Positions 20,492-29,802 of a stretch of 64,000 bases of DNA are shown piece after piece. The notes beneath the pieces were generated by a model that saw nothing but the letters and a program-made list of their open reading frames with translations, made no database searches and was not told the origin of the DNA. Positions within the stretch are counted from its first letter, which is position 1. Every line of letters begins with the position of its first letter. The DNA comes from Thermoanaerobaculum sp. (GTDB lineage: Bacteria; Acidobacteriota; Thermoanaerobaculia; Multivoradales; UBA5704), in the NCBI GenBank assembly GCA_021154885.1, contig JAJKHS010000091.1, positions 9,089 to 73,088 of the forward strand. Reading direction: 5' to 3'. The position numbers and the translations under genes were made by a program.

Positions 20492-20739
20492 CCGAGGCCC
20501 AGCTCGCGCTTGACCTCTTCGTGCGAGATGCCTTTGGCCTCCCGAGCCTCACGTCGAGCTTCGGAGAGCCCGCCGTCGGCGTCGTCCGCGTCGCGTTCAT
20601 CGTCCAAGGGTGCCGTCAGCAGGGCCCGAAGCACCGGATCCGACGTGGCCCGCAGGCCCTCAAGGACTCGGGCAGCCACCGGGAGATCCTGCTCGGGCAA
20701 GTCATCGATCAGCCGGTGCAGTGCGTTTCTTCCGCCCAT
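20488..20739 (-). CDS. Putative type II antitoxin, 83 aa
   Basis: LHRLIDDLPE...ISHEEVKRELG antitoxin-like pattern; ATGA coupling to a RelE-like gene; GGAGG upstream. Confidence 0.75.
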   Translation of the reverse strand: MGGRNALHRLIDDLPEQDLPVAARVLEGLRATSDPVLRALLTAPLDDERDADDADGGLSEARREAREAKGISHEEVKRELGLG

Positions 20740-20870
20740 CGTCGCTTCCACCTCCTGTGCAGATAGTTGCCCCAGCAAAGGAGCCCCTGACGATCTAGGA
20801 TATCAGACGGAACGCCGGTCCTCTCCGCGAACGGAGCGCCGATACGATGACGTTGGTGTCGAGGACGGCT

Positions 20871-20904
20871 CCCCAAGGAGGCGGAGGTGGAAGTGGGGGT
20901 GTGA
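20871..20904 (+). repeat. Second copy of the clpB 3' end (direct repeat of 20118-20151)
   Basis: CCCCAAGGAGGCGGAGGTGG(cg/aa)GTGGGGGTGT(a/g)A, 31/34 identical. Confidence 0.85.
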
Positions 20905-20931
20905 GATCTACCCGGCTCTCCTGAAACCGGC

Positions 20932-20960
20932 AAGCCCGGCCGCGAGGCCGGGCTTTTTTC
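20932..20960 (+). terminator. Rho-independent terminator
   Basis: AGCCCGGCC-GCGA-GGCCGGGCT followed by a T-run; a decayed copy follows clpB at about 20209-20231. Confidence 0.75.
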
Positions 20961-21044
20961 TTGGAATCCGACCCGCAGCCTGTAATTGGCGGCGGGCTGC
21001 CATCACTGAATCAGGTGAACGCGCCACCAGAAAGGAGAAAGCGT

Positions 21045-21449
21045 ATGGCCAACATAGAAGGTGAATGGGAAATCCACTCGCGAGCAAAGAAGCCGACGAG
21101 CAACGGCAGACCCAACCGGATCTATTCCGCAAAGACTTGGACGATCAGCCAGAACGGCCGAGGTTGGGAGGCACTCTGGTGGTTTCAGGACGAAGAAGAC
21201 TCACTGCTGAACGAGCTCCCAGGTTCGGACGGTGGATCTTTCATCTTCCACAATGGATACAAGGATTGCACGGTCAGAGCCTGGCTGATCACCAATAGCC
21301 TCATGGTCGGCATCGCGACGAAGTACGAAGCGACCGACGAGAGACACTGCAAGGACGGACCCGTCTCAGACGATGACATCGACGTCTTCGTGGCGATGAG
21401 AAAAGGCCCCGCCGACTATACGGAGGCCACCGCTCGACCGGACCGTTGA
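21045..21449 (+). CDS. Hypothetical protein, 134 aa
   Basis: AAAGGAG RBS, MANIEGEWEI start, Trp-rich beta-type sequence; no family recognised. Confidence 0.6.
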   Translation: MANIEGEWEIHSRAKKPTSNGRPNRIYSAKTWTISQNGRGWEALWWFQDEEDSLLNELPGSDGGSFIFHNGYKDCTVRAWLITNSLMVGIATKYEATDERHCKDGPVSDDDIDVFVAMRKGPADYTEATARPDR

Positions 21450-21580
21450 ATCCGAGGGGCTTGGCTACTCTTGCCTGGGAATCCGCAGCAGGTTATAGTC
21501 TGTACGAAAGCGACGAGATTCCATGAGGCCGCCAAGCCCCCGCATGGCGCCACCCTGTTCCATGTGAGGGAGGTGTCGTC

Positions 21581-24500
21581 ACGCGCAACACGATCCTCTT
21601 CGTCCTGCCTCTCACCCTGGCCGGCGGAGCTCAGCCAGGCGGCCCGACCGCTTCGCTCGTCCTGAGCGCGGGCGACTACGTCCAGCTTCGGGCGGAGCAG
21701 GACGTCGACGTGACGGTGAGCGTCCGGGACCCTGCGGGATTTCTGGTGACCGAGGTCGACGCCCTCACTGGACGTATCGAGCCAGAGGTCGTCCGCTTCG
21801 TCGCGGAAGCCCCCGGGATCTACAACATCGCGGTCCGTGCCCTGGAGAGTTTCCCCGGGGCACCACAGCCGAGTCTGGAGATCGACGAGATCCGTCGTGC
21901 GACCTTCCAGGATCGCTGGGTGGCAGCGGAGGAAGCGTCCCTGGCGCGGCTCGACAAGGGCTTCTCCGACCAGGACCCGGACGCTCTGCAGGCGGCGCTC
22001 CCAGCCTACCAAGGAGCTCTGGAGCGGGCTCGCCGGCTTGGAGACCTCCCCCGGCAAGCGGGGCTGGTCTACCGTCTCGGCGTGACTCACAACCGCCGGG
22101 GAGAGGTCGCGGCGGCACGGGACGACTTTGCGGCGGCCCTCGATCTTTACCGCCGGGCCGGCAATCCCAAAGGGATCGCAGCCACCCTCAATCAGCTCGG
22201 ACGCGTGGAGCGGCGCCTGGGAGACGTCGCGGCGGCGGTCCGGGATCTTACAGAGTCGCTGCGCCTGTGGCAGGGCCTGGGTGCGGAAGGCGAAGCGGCC
22301 GACGTCGGCAACAACCTGGGGTTTCTCGAGCAGTCGACGGGACGCTACGACGAAGCTCTGGAGGCCTATGACCGAGCCCTGCAGATCTACCGCAAGCGGC
22401 AGAACCTCGCGCGCCAGGCTTCCGTTCTGAACAATATCGGGGGCATCTATGACGGCCGCGGCGAGCCGGAGCAGTCTCTCCTCTACTACCGGGAGGCCCT
22501 GCCCCTCAGCCGGTCGCTGAAGAACCGGAGCCTGGAATCCGAGTTGCTGAACAACTTCGGCGCCGCCTACGTCCGCCAGGGGAAGCTCCAGGAGGCGCTT
22601 GACTCTTATGTCTCTGCGCTCGAGCTGATGCGCAGCCTCAAAGCCGAGAACCGGGAATCCCAGGTACTGACCAACCTGGCGGACCTGTTCATCCGGCTCG
22701 GTTCCCCCGAAAAGGCCCGGGAGCTTTTCGCCCGGGCGCTGGCTCTCCAGAAAAAGAGCCCCGACCGCCAGAGCGAAGCCGCGATCCTCGGCAACCTCGG
22801 CAGGGTCTCGACGCTCCTTGGCCAGTTCGCCGAAGCAGAGGACTTTCTCAATCAGGCCCTGGAGCTGGCGATCCGCACCGGGGATCGGTCGAGCCAGACC
22901 CTGACCCTGGTGCAGAAGGCTGAGCTCCTCGGCGCCCTGTCGCGACCGGACGAGGCGCGGGTCTCTCTGCATCAAGGCTTGAGCCTCGCCCGCCAGCTCG
23001 GCGATCACGCCGCGGAGCTCGTGGCCCTCGGCGCCCTGGGCCGCTTCGAGGCAGCCCGCGGCGAAACCGAGCCGGCGCGCCGGGACCTGGAGGCGGCGCG
23101 GCGGCTGGCCCAGGAGCTGGGCATCGTCGGGGAAGAGGCGAAGGCGCATCAGGAGCTGGCGCGGCTGGAACGGTCCCAGGGGCACCTGGACGCCGCCCGC
23201 GGTCATGTCGAGACGGCGCTAGCGCGTTTCGAGTCGCTGCGCTCGGACGTCGCGGGGGATCAGTCGCGGACCTCCCTCTTCGCCACCCAGCGCGAAGCCT
23301 ATGACCTCGACGTGGACATTCTCGAACAGCTCCATCTCGATACCCAGGCCTTCGAGGCCGCCGAGCGGGCACGGGCGCGCGGTCTGCTCGACTTCCTCGG
23401 CCAGGCGCAAGTGGACGTGCGGGAGGGCGATCCCCAACTCCTCGCCGAGGAGGGTCGTCTGCGCGCGGAGATCAACGCCAAAGCCGCCCTCCGTGCCGAG
23501 CTGCTGCGCAAATCGGACGGCGCCGCGCAGGCAGGGGCCCTCACACGGGAGCTGACGGCCCTCTCCGCCGAGCACCAGATCGCCGAGGCCCGCCTGCAGG
23601 CGCGCAGCGCCCGCTATGCCCGGCTCACCCAACCCGACACGCGGCTCTCCGAGCTCCAGGCCACGCTCGACGGGAACACCGTCGTCCTCGAATACTTCCT
23701 CGGCGAGCCCCACAGCTACCTCTGGAAAGTCTCCGCGAGCTCCTTCGCCAGCTTCGAGCTTCCCGGCCGGGAACGGATCGAGTCGCTGGCGCGGCGCGTC
23801 CACGAGCAGCTCGGCAGTCTCGGCACCCGAGAGGGTGCGCGAAATCGACAGGACCTCGAAGAGCTCAGCAGGACCCTCCTAGGGCCGGTGCTCGATGGGC
23901 TGCAGAGCGAGCGCCTGGCCATCGTGGCGGACGGCGCTCTCCTCTACGTCCCGTTCGCGGCCCTGCTTATCCCGGCCGAGGATGCCGCGCGCACCCAGGT
24001 GCCCTTGGTGGTCGCTCACGAGGTGGTCCATCTCCCATCGGCGGCCGTGCTGCGGGAGATCCGCCGCGCCCGGCAGGAGAAGCCCCGGCCGGCGGGAGCG
24101 GTGGCCGTCCTGGCGGACCCGGTATTCGGGAAGGACGATCCCCGGGCGCATCAGGCGATGGCCAAGACCCCACCGGCCCACCCCACGGGAGAAGGCCTGG
24201 CGGACCTCCTCGGCCCTCTCCGGCAGTCCCAAGCCGGCGATGGGTACTCCCGCCTGACCTGGAGCGGCCGTGAAGCCGAGCTCGTGGCCGCCGCGGCCCG
24301 GGGGAGGGATGTCCTCATCGCGCGAGGCTTCCAGGCCAGCCGGGAGCTCGCCATCTCGCCGGACCTCGGCCGGTTCCGCATCCTCCACTTCGCCACTCAT
24401 GGCTTTCTGGATGCCCAGCACCCGGAGCTCTCCGGCCTGGTCTTCTCGCAGCTCGATCCCCAGGGCCGCTCCCGCGACGGCTTCCTGCGCCTCCAGGACG

Positions 24501-24877
24501 TCTACCATCTCCATCTCAACGCCGACCTCGTCGTCCTCTCCGGCTGCGAGACGGCGCTGGGCAAGAATCTCCGCGGCGAGGGTATCGTGGGGCTCACCCA
24601 CGGCTTCTTCCACGCCGGCGCCTCCCAGGTCCTGGCGAGCCTCTGGCCGGTGCGCGACCGGGCCACGGCCGAGCTGATGCAGCGCTTCTACCACGGCCTG
24701 TTCCACGATGGCCTCCCCGCCTCCGCCGCTCTGCGCCAGGCCCAGATCTCCCTGTGGAAAGAGCGGACCTGGCGCGATCCCTACTTCTGGGCCGCCTTCA
24801 TCCTCCAGGGCGACTGGCAGGCCGGAGAGCGATGGACGAAAGCTCAGGGCGCGATGTCGAAACCGGTGCCCCCCTGA
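21581..24877 (+). CDS. TPR + CHAT (caspase-like) domain protein; start uncertain (first canonical start 21710)
   Basis: Many TPR repeats; CHAT dyad HFATHG and LSGC; ASLWPV, PYFWAAF; frame open from 21527. Confidence 0.88.
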   Translation, partial: TRNTILFVLPLTLAGGAQPGGPTASLVLSAGDYVQLRAEQDVDVTVSVRDPAGFLVTEVDALTGRIEPEVVRFVAEAPGIYNIAVRALESFPGAPQPSLEIDEIRRATFQDRWVAAEEASLARLDKGFSDQDPDALQAALPAYQGALERARRLGDLPRQAGLVYRLGVTHNRRGEVAAARDDFAAALDLYRRAGNPKGIAATLNQLGRVERRLGDVAAAVRDLTESLRLWQGLGAEGEAADVGNNLGFLEQSTGRYDEALEAYDRALQIYRKRQNLARQASVLNNIGGIYDGRGEPEQSLLYYREALPLSRSLKNRSLESELLNNFGAAYVRQGKLQEALDSYVSALELMRSLKAENRESQVLTNLADLFIRLGSPEKARELFARALALQKKSPDRQSEAAILGNLGRVSTLLGQFAEAEDFLNQALELAIRTGDRSSQTLTLVQKAELLGALSRPDEARVSLHQGLSLARQLGDHAAELVALGALGRFEAARGETEPARRDLEAARRLAQELGIVGEEAKAHQELARLERSQGHLDAARGHVETALARFESLRSDVAGDQSRTSLFATQREAYDLDVDILEQLHLDTQAFEAAERARARGLLDFLGQAQVDVREGDPQLLAEEGRLRAEINAKAALRAELLRKSDGAAQAGALTRELTALSAEHQIAEARLQARSARYARLTQPDTRLSELQATLDGNTVVLEYFLGEPHSYLWKVSASSFASFELPGRERIESLARRVHEQLGSLGTREGARNRQDLEELSRTLLGPVLDGLQSERLAIVADGALLYVPFAALLIPAEDAARTQVPLVVAHEVVHLPSAAVLREIRRARQEKPRPAGAVAVLADPVFGKDDPRAHQAMAKTPPAHPTGEGLADLLGPLRQSQAGDGYSRLTWSGREAELVAAAARGRDVLIARGFQASRELAISPDLGRFRILHFATHGFLDAQHPELSGLVFSQLDPQGRSRDGFLRLQDVYHLHLNADLVVLSGCETALGKNLRGEGIVGLTHGFFHAGASQVLASLWPVRDRATAELMQRFYHGLFHDGLPASAALRQAQISLWKERTWRDPYFWAAFILQGDWQAGERWTKAQGAMSKPVPP

Positions 24878-25143
24878 GGGAGCGTGCGATTGAACTGGCG
24901 CTTCACCCCCCGATACGTGATGGTCACGTTGTAAGAGCCGGCGGGAAGATCCTGCAGGTAGTACGAGCCATCGTCAGCGGTGACGGCCCGCTGCTTGCTG
25001 GACCCGGAGCTGAAATCGATCAGGGCGTGGGGGACCGGAGCTCTGTTCCCCTGGAACAACACCTTCCCACTGATGGGTGCCGCCACGACATGGGCTGCCG
25101 CAAAGATCAACAGGGCAACGGCCAAGGCGAATATGCGTTTCAT
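24844..25143 (-). CDS. Small secreted carboxypeptidase-regulatory-like (Cna-B/transthyretin fold) protein
   Basis: Signal peptide, ISGKV...PVPHA...TADDGSY...LPAGSYNVT. Confidence 0.7.
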   Translation of the reverse strand: MKRIFALAVALLIFAAAHVVAAPISGKVLFQGNRAPVPHALIDFSSGSSKQRAVTADDGSYYLQDLPAGSYNVTITYRGVKRQFNRTLPQGGTGFDIAP

Positions 25144-25168
25144 GATGGGTCTCCTAGATCGTCCATTG

Positions 25169-25687
25169 TCAAGGGCTCGCCGGCGCCACCTGTAACTGCT
25201 GGCTCCTGCGGATACCGGTTTTGGTGTCTGTAACCCGTAGCTCATAGACTCCCGCCGGGATGGGTCGGTAGTAAGCGAACCGGTTGCCTTCCGGCATGAG
25301 AGTGAAGACCGCGTCTCGCGGGATCAGCTCGAGACTCAGACTCTGGCTGCCGAAATCGACCCCCGGAACGTTCTGCACGTCGATGACGCGGGATCCCAGT
25401 GGGCCGGGATGAAGCTTGTCCGGGGCGGTCGTGACCAGTAACAGCTCCTTCGCTTCGCTGTAGGTCTTGGCAGGATTGACGAAGAAGAACACGAGCAGCG
25501 TGAAACCCCAGATGGCGCTCGCGCCCCCCAATTTCACCGCCATGCTGCTCATACCCGGAGCCTGACCGCTCAACTGGGACGCCCCCTTGTTCCAGAAGAG
25601 CATGGCCGCCAGGAAAGCCGCAATCGTAGCGAACACCCACCACCCCGCACAGAACAAGAGGAGATGGTCGAGATTTGAGTCCGGCAT
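25169..25687 (-). CDS. Hypothetical membrane protein (two N-terminal TM helices)
   Basis: Two hydrophobic segments (KLGGASAIW) followed by a beta-rich domain; co-oriented with 24844-25143. Confidence 0.6.
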   Translation of the reverse strand: MPDSNLDHLLLFCAGWWVFATIAAFLAAMLFWNKGASQLSGQAPGMSSMAVKLGGASAIWGFTLLVFFFVNPAKTYSEAKELLLVTTAPDKLHPGPLGSRVIDVQNVPGVDFGSQSLSLELIPRDAVFTLMPEGNRFAYYRPIPAGVYELRVTDTKTGIRRSQQLQVAPASP

Positions 25688-25835
25688 CTTGTACCTACCT
25701 TTCCATGGAGCTTCCAGCAGGGAAGCTCAGCAAGGTAGGCGCCCGGCTTCTCTGTTTGTTACAGCGTTGCTAAGAGATATGACGTCGAGCAGCTTGGGGA
25801 GCAACTCTTCTCCGTCCCGGTGCTACGATGCACCC

Positions 25836-26306
25836 ATGGAGCCGCTCGACAAGGACATCGTCCGAGCCACAGAGAGCGTTCCCGGGATCTCCGTCCTGGT
25901 GCTCTTCGGCTCCCGGGCGCGAGGGACCCATCGACCGGACAGCGACCTCGACGTGGCGGTCTTGCCGCAGAGCCCGGATTCCCGAGCCCGCCGGCATCTC
26001 CAAACGGACGTTGCCGTGGCCCTCGCCGATCTGGCTCCCGAGGGCCGAGTCGACGTCGTCCTCCTCGACGAGGCCGACGCCGTGCTGCGGCAGCGGATCA
26101 TGGAGACCGGCCGGGTCCTGCTCAACCGGGACGACGAAACCTGGAAAGAGCTGCGGGTCCGTACCATGCGGGAATACGGTGACGGGGAGTGGGCGCGACG
26201 GCTCTACCGCGAAGCCCAGCGCCGACGACTGGAACGAGGTGAGCCAAGTGGTCGATCGGGAAAAGCTCTCGAGTCGCTTAGACGCGTTGGAAAGCTACCT
26301 CGCTGA
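25836..26306 (+). CDS. Minimal nucleotidyltransferase (MntA-type antitoxin, type VII TA)
   Basis: LFGSRARG...DSDLDVAV...VDVVLL motifs. Confidence 0.85.
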   Translation: MEPLDKDIVRATESVPGISVLVLFGSRARGTHRPDSDLDVAVLPQSPDSRARRHLQTDVAVALADLAPEGRVDVVLLDEADAVLRQRIMETGRVLLNRDDETWKELRVRTMREYGDGEWARRLYREAQRRRLERGEPSGRSGKALESLRRVGKLPR

Positions 26307-26349
26307 GCTGCGGACCTTCCGCGGCACCACCCGCGGGCACCAAACCTGA
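26248..26349 (+). pseudogene. Truncated HEPN/DUF86 (HepT-like) toxin, N-terminal fragment
   Basis: VVDREKLSSRLDALESYLAEL resembles HepT N-termini and overlaps mntA, but stops after 33 codons with no RxxxxH motif. Confidence 0.55.
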
Positions 26350-26519
26350 CCCTGCAGTCCTCCAAGCCGGCCGATATTTCCCGCGTCTACGCGGAGAGCG
26401 CCCTCTCTGCTTCCCAGGCTGCCCCAGAGCCATCTCCCTCGTCACCTCTAAACACTGAAGGCGACGTCTGTGTCTTCACCACATGGACACGGCGAGAGAA
26501 CGAATCCAACCAGGACACC

Positions 26520-28106
26520 ATGCACGAACGAATCCAGACCTTCGAAGAGCTCGCCCTCCGACTGCGGCCCGACGGGGCCGGCGCCTACGTCGTCCAGGTC
26601 GTCCATTCGCCCTACGGCTGCCGCGACGTCCGATTCGATCTCAAGGATCTCGGATTTCCCTTCGACAGCCTTCGTCGGATCGACTTCTCAGCTTCGGAGT
26701 CCCGTGAGTTGGGAGAGGTCGAGCCTCCTCAGGGCGGGGGCTCGGCGACTCCGGAGACTCTGGGTGGAACGCTGTTTCGGGCTCTCTTCCGGGACGATCT
26801 CCTCTCGACCTTCCTGATGAGCCTGGGCCGTATCCAAGGAAGAAAGGACCTCGGTCTGCGAATCCGGCTGATCTTCGATCCTCTCGATCCCGCCAGCCGG
26901 CAGCTTCTCTCCCTTCCCTGGGAGCTTCTCTACCGCCCCGATACCCGAGATTTCCTGGCGAGGAGCCGGTTCACGCCCGTGGTCCGTTATCTGGAGGTTC
27001 CCCGGCTGACCACCCCGCTGGAGCTGACATCCCAACTGCGTATCCTCGTCGTCCTAGCAAACCCAGCAGGAACGGCGGGCCTCGATCTCGAACGAGAATG
27101 CCAGCAGATGGAGAGCGTTCTCCGAGAGAATCCCCGCATTCGTCTGGAGGTCCTCAGGAGCCCATCGCTCCCCGAAATTCGTTCGGCCCTTCAGAGATTC
27201 GAAGCTCACGTCTTCCACTACATGGGCCACGGCGGCTTCGACTCAAAGTCAGGGGAAGGCTCTCTGCTCTTCGAGGATTCGCAGCGCAGGCCGCAGCCGG
27301 TCGGAGCCGGCGTGCTGGCCGAGGCTCTCAAGAACCTGCCGAGCCTGCGGCTCGTCTTTCTCAACGCCTGCCGCACGGCCCAGGTTTCCGAAGATCCGAA
27401 ATTGGACCCCTTCAGCGGCTCGGCATCGGCCCTCTCTCTGGCGGGTGTACCGGCGATCCTTGCCATGCAACTTCCGATTTCAGACCGCGCCGCTCTGATG
27501 TTCAGCCAGCGGCTCTACGAAATGCTGGCCCAGGCTTTTCCAGTGGATGCCGCGGTCGCGGAGGCGCGGCTGGCCGTCCATCTCGATGCTCCGTCGTCGT
27601 ACGAATGGGCCACGCCGGCCCTTTACATGAGCGTGCCTGACGGTTGCCTCTTTGCTCCGGCTCCCCCCGGCGATGAAGAGGACCATTTCGCCCTCGGTTT
27701 GAGCTATCTGGACCAGGGCCTCTACGACCTCTCGGCTGCCGCCTTTCAGCGCGTTCTGGGCAAAACGACTCACGAGGAGGATCTTCTCTACTACCTCGCG
27801 CTCGCACTCATCGGGGGACAGCGACCAAGGGCCTTGAAGCTCGCCACCATCCGGCAAATCGAGACTTATCTGGCAGCCGCCATCCGCCTGAATGATCGGA
27901 AGTCTCACTACAAGCTCCTTCTCGCAGCGGCCAAGTACGACTACTATGCGAGCAACGGGCTTCGCATCCCTTCACCCCCAGTCGATCAACTCCTGAAAGA
28001 AGCTGCAAATGGAGAGATCGACCCGAAGGAAGTGCGCCTCATGCTTCGACATGCTCCCCTTCCCCCGGGAGACCTCCTCAGCGTCGTCCAGAATTTTTGC
28101 CATTGA
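26520..28106 (+). CDS. CHAT (caspase-like) domain protein with C-terminal TPR
   Basis: LPWELL, HYMGHG, FLNAC, AMQLPI, EWATP; C-terminal TPR helices. Confidence 0.88.
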   Translation: MHERIQTFEELALRLRPDGAGAYVVQVVHSPYGCRDVRFDLKDLGFPFDSLRRIDFSASESRELGEVEPPQGGGSATPETLGGTLFRALFRDDLLSTFLMSLGRIQGRKDLGLRIRLIFDPLDPASRQLLSLPWELLYRPDTRDFLARSRFTPVVRYLEVPRLTTPLELTSQLRILVVLANPAGTAGLDLERECQQMESVLRENPRIRLEVLRSPSLPEIRSALQRFEAHVFHYMGHGGFDSKSGEGSLLFEDSQRRPQPVGAGVLAEALKNLPSLRLVFLNACRTAQVSEDPKLDPFSGSASALSLAGVPAILAMQLPISDRAALMFSQRLYEMLAQAFPVDAAVAEARLAVHLDAPSSYEWATPALYMSVPDGCLFAPAPPGDEEDHFALGLSYLDQGLYDLSAAAFQRVLGKTTHEEDLLYYLALALIGGQRPRALKLATIRQIETYLAAAIRLNDRKSHYKLLLAAAKYDYYASNGLRIPSPPVDQLLKEAANGEIDPKEVRLMLRHAPLPPGDLLSVVQNFCH

Positions 28107-28119
28107 AAGGAGAACTATC

Positions 28120-28959
28120 ATGGACAAGAGGCCCAAGCAGAACGACAGAGAGATTGCACTACGAAAGTATTTTGAAGTCGTGACTCGGGAGCGAACTACG
28201 ATTCTGATCGTGATGATCGCAGCAGGAATCGTCTTCGCCCTAGTCGGTTTAGCTTTGCTCTCCTCTCCGGACGGCGCCGCAATGGCCTGGTTCTGCATTG
28301 TTACCGGCTCGGGGATAGCGGCTGTAGGAGGTCTTCGACTGGGTTCCATCGAGGCTCGTTATCGAAGTGCCCTTGCGGCTACCCAACCGCAGCCGTCCGA
28401 CAGTCAGGTTGATGCGTGGTTTCAAGATAGCCGGCAACACCTCATCCTCCATGCCAAGAACCGGCTCAACCTGTTCGGGGCTGAGAGCGATTTTTTCAAG
28501 CCCCTGATCATTGAAGTTCCGACCCTCAGCGCGACCTATGGGGTTCCCACGGAGGACCTGAAGTGGCGCAAGGGAAGTGACGGCACCTTTCGGTTTGCCA
28601 TTCACCACCTCATAGTCATTTATCTGACCGAGCGTCACCTCGCCGCATTCACCTGCGATTTCAATTTCATCCGCGACGTTTCGCTAAACGAGACCACCCG
28701 TGAGTATCACTACCTGGACATCGTTTCCGTGGCTACCTATGAGTACTCCCAAGCGTTCACCCTTCCCACAGGAGAAAAACTCTCAACCTCTCAAACCTTC
28801 CGACTGTCGGTTGGGAGCGGAGAGTACATCGAGGTGAAGTTGGAGAACGACCAACTGCGCAAGATGACCCAGCAGGAAGAGGTCCCCACCTTTGAGGCGG
28901 ATCAGGCCGTGACGACGATCCGCGCCATGCTGAGGGACCGGAAGGCGTTGGCTGCCTAG
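28120..28959 (+). CDS. Hypothetical protein with two TM helices and a beta-rich C-terminal domain
   Basis: AAAGGAG RBS; start 14 nt after the CHAT stop; two hydrophobic helices; visibly more AT-rich than core genes. Confidence 0.7.
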   Translation: MDKRPKQNDREIALRKYFEVVTRERTTILIVMIAAGIVFALVGLALLSSPDGAAMAWFCIVTGSGIAAVGGLRLGSIEARYRSALAATQPQPSDSQVDAWFQDSRQHLILHAKNRLNLFGAESDFFKPLIIEVPTLSATYGVPTEDLKWRKGSDGTFRFAIHHLIVIYLTERHLAAFTCDFNFIRDVSLNETTREYHYLDIVSVATYEYSQAFTLPTGEKLSTSQTFRLSVGSGEYIEVKLENDQLRKMTQQEEVPTFEADQAVTTIRAMLRDRKALAA

Positions 28960-29120
28960 CAAAGGCCCCGAGCCGGAGCCGATGAGCCAAGGCTCAGGCG
29001 TTCCGGCTCGGCCTTGCGAGCTTCACGGCCTTCGCGGATCGTGTACTTCGGAGAAGTTTCTCTTCCAAGGGCTCCTTCTCCCGTGCTGCACGACGCCCAC
29101 CCCTGCTATCATCCCCCGCC

Positions 29121-29777
29121 ATGGCTTCCGACCTGCGCCTCGACAACCTCCCTGCCACCGTCCACCTGTTCGTGGTGAACCGCTTCATCCTCCTGCCGGA
29201 GACGACGCTGCCGCTGACGCTCACGGACGAGCGGTACAGCGGCCTGGTGGAGTCGCTGGCGGCCAGGGAGGGCTATCTCGGGTTCATCCTGTCCCAGGAT
29301 TCCAAGGAGGGCCGGCGCTTTCAGGAGGTGGGGTGCCTGGGCCGCATCCGGGAGATGGAGCGGGATGCCTACGGTCTCAACGTCGTCTTCGAGGGCGTGA
29401 TCCGCTTCCGCGTCCGGCGAGAGGTGCCCAAGGCAGGCAAGGACGACTTCCCGCGCGCCGAGGTCGGGTACGAGGAATTCGCCGCGGACCTGGAGGACGG
29501 GGAGGAGGATCTCGAAGGGTGGGACCTCGAGCGGATCAAGGCCACCCTCATCCAGATCGGACGCAAGGCGACACCTGAGGGCTGGTCGTCGCTGGAGGCG
29601 ATGCCGCCGCGCAAGATCCTCCGCCTGATGGCGCAGACCATGCCGTTCGCTCCCGCCGAGAAGCAGGCCCTGCTCGAAACACCCACCTTCCGCGCCCTCC
29701 TGGAGCTGCTCTTCGCGCTCCTCGCCGTGAATTTCCTCACCACCACGCCGGACGACTCGCAGGCGCAGGTCAATTGA
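29121..29777 (+). CDS. Lon protease N-terminal substrate-binding domain protein
   Basis: LLPETTLPL...RY, VGCLGRI, G..RFRV, EKQALLE. Confidence 0.8.
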   Translation: MASDLRLDNLPATVHLFVVNRFILLPETTLPLTLTDERYSGLVESLAAREGYLGFILSQDSKEGRRFQEVGCLGRIREMERDAYGLNVVFEGVIRFRVRREVPKAGKDDFPRAEVGYEEFAADLEDGEEDLEGWDLERIKATLIQIGRKATPEGWSSLEAMPPRKILRLMAQTMPFAPAEKQALLETPTFRALLELLFALLAVNFLTTTPDDSQAQVN

Positions 29778-29802
29778 TCTCTCCCCGCCTGCCCCAGCCG
29801 AG

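Noticed and set aside
29005..29065. Possible C-terminal remnant of the split HepT toxin (LASFTAFADRVLRR)
   Set aside because: Too short to support without an alignment
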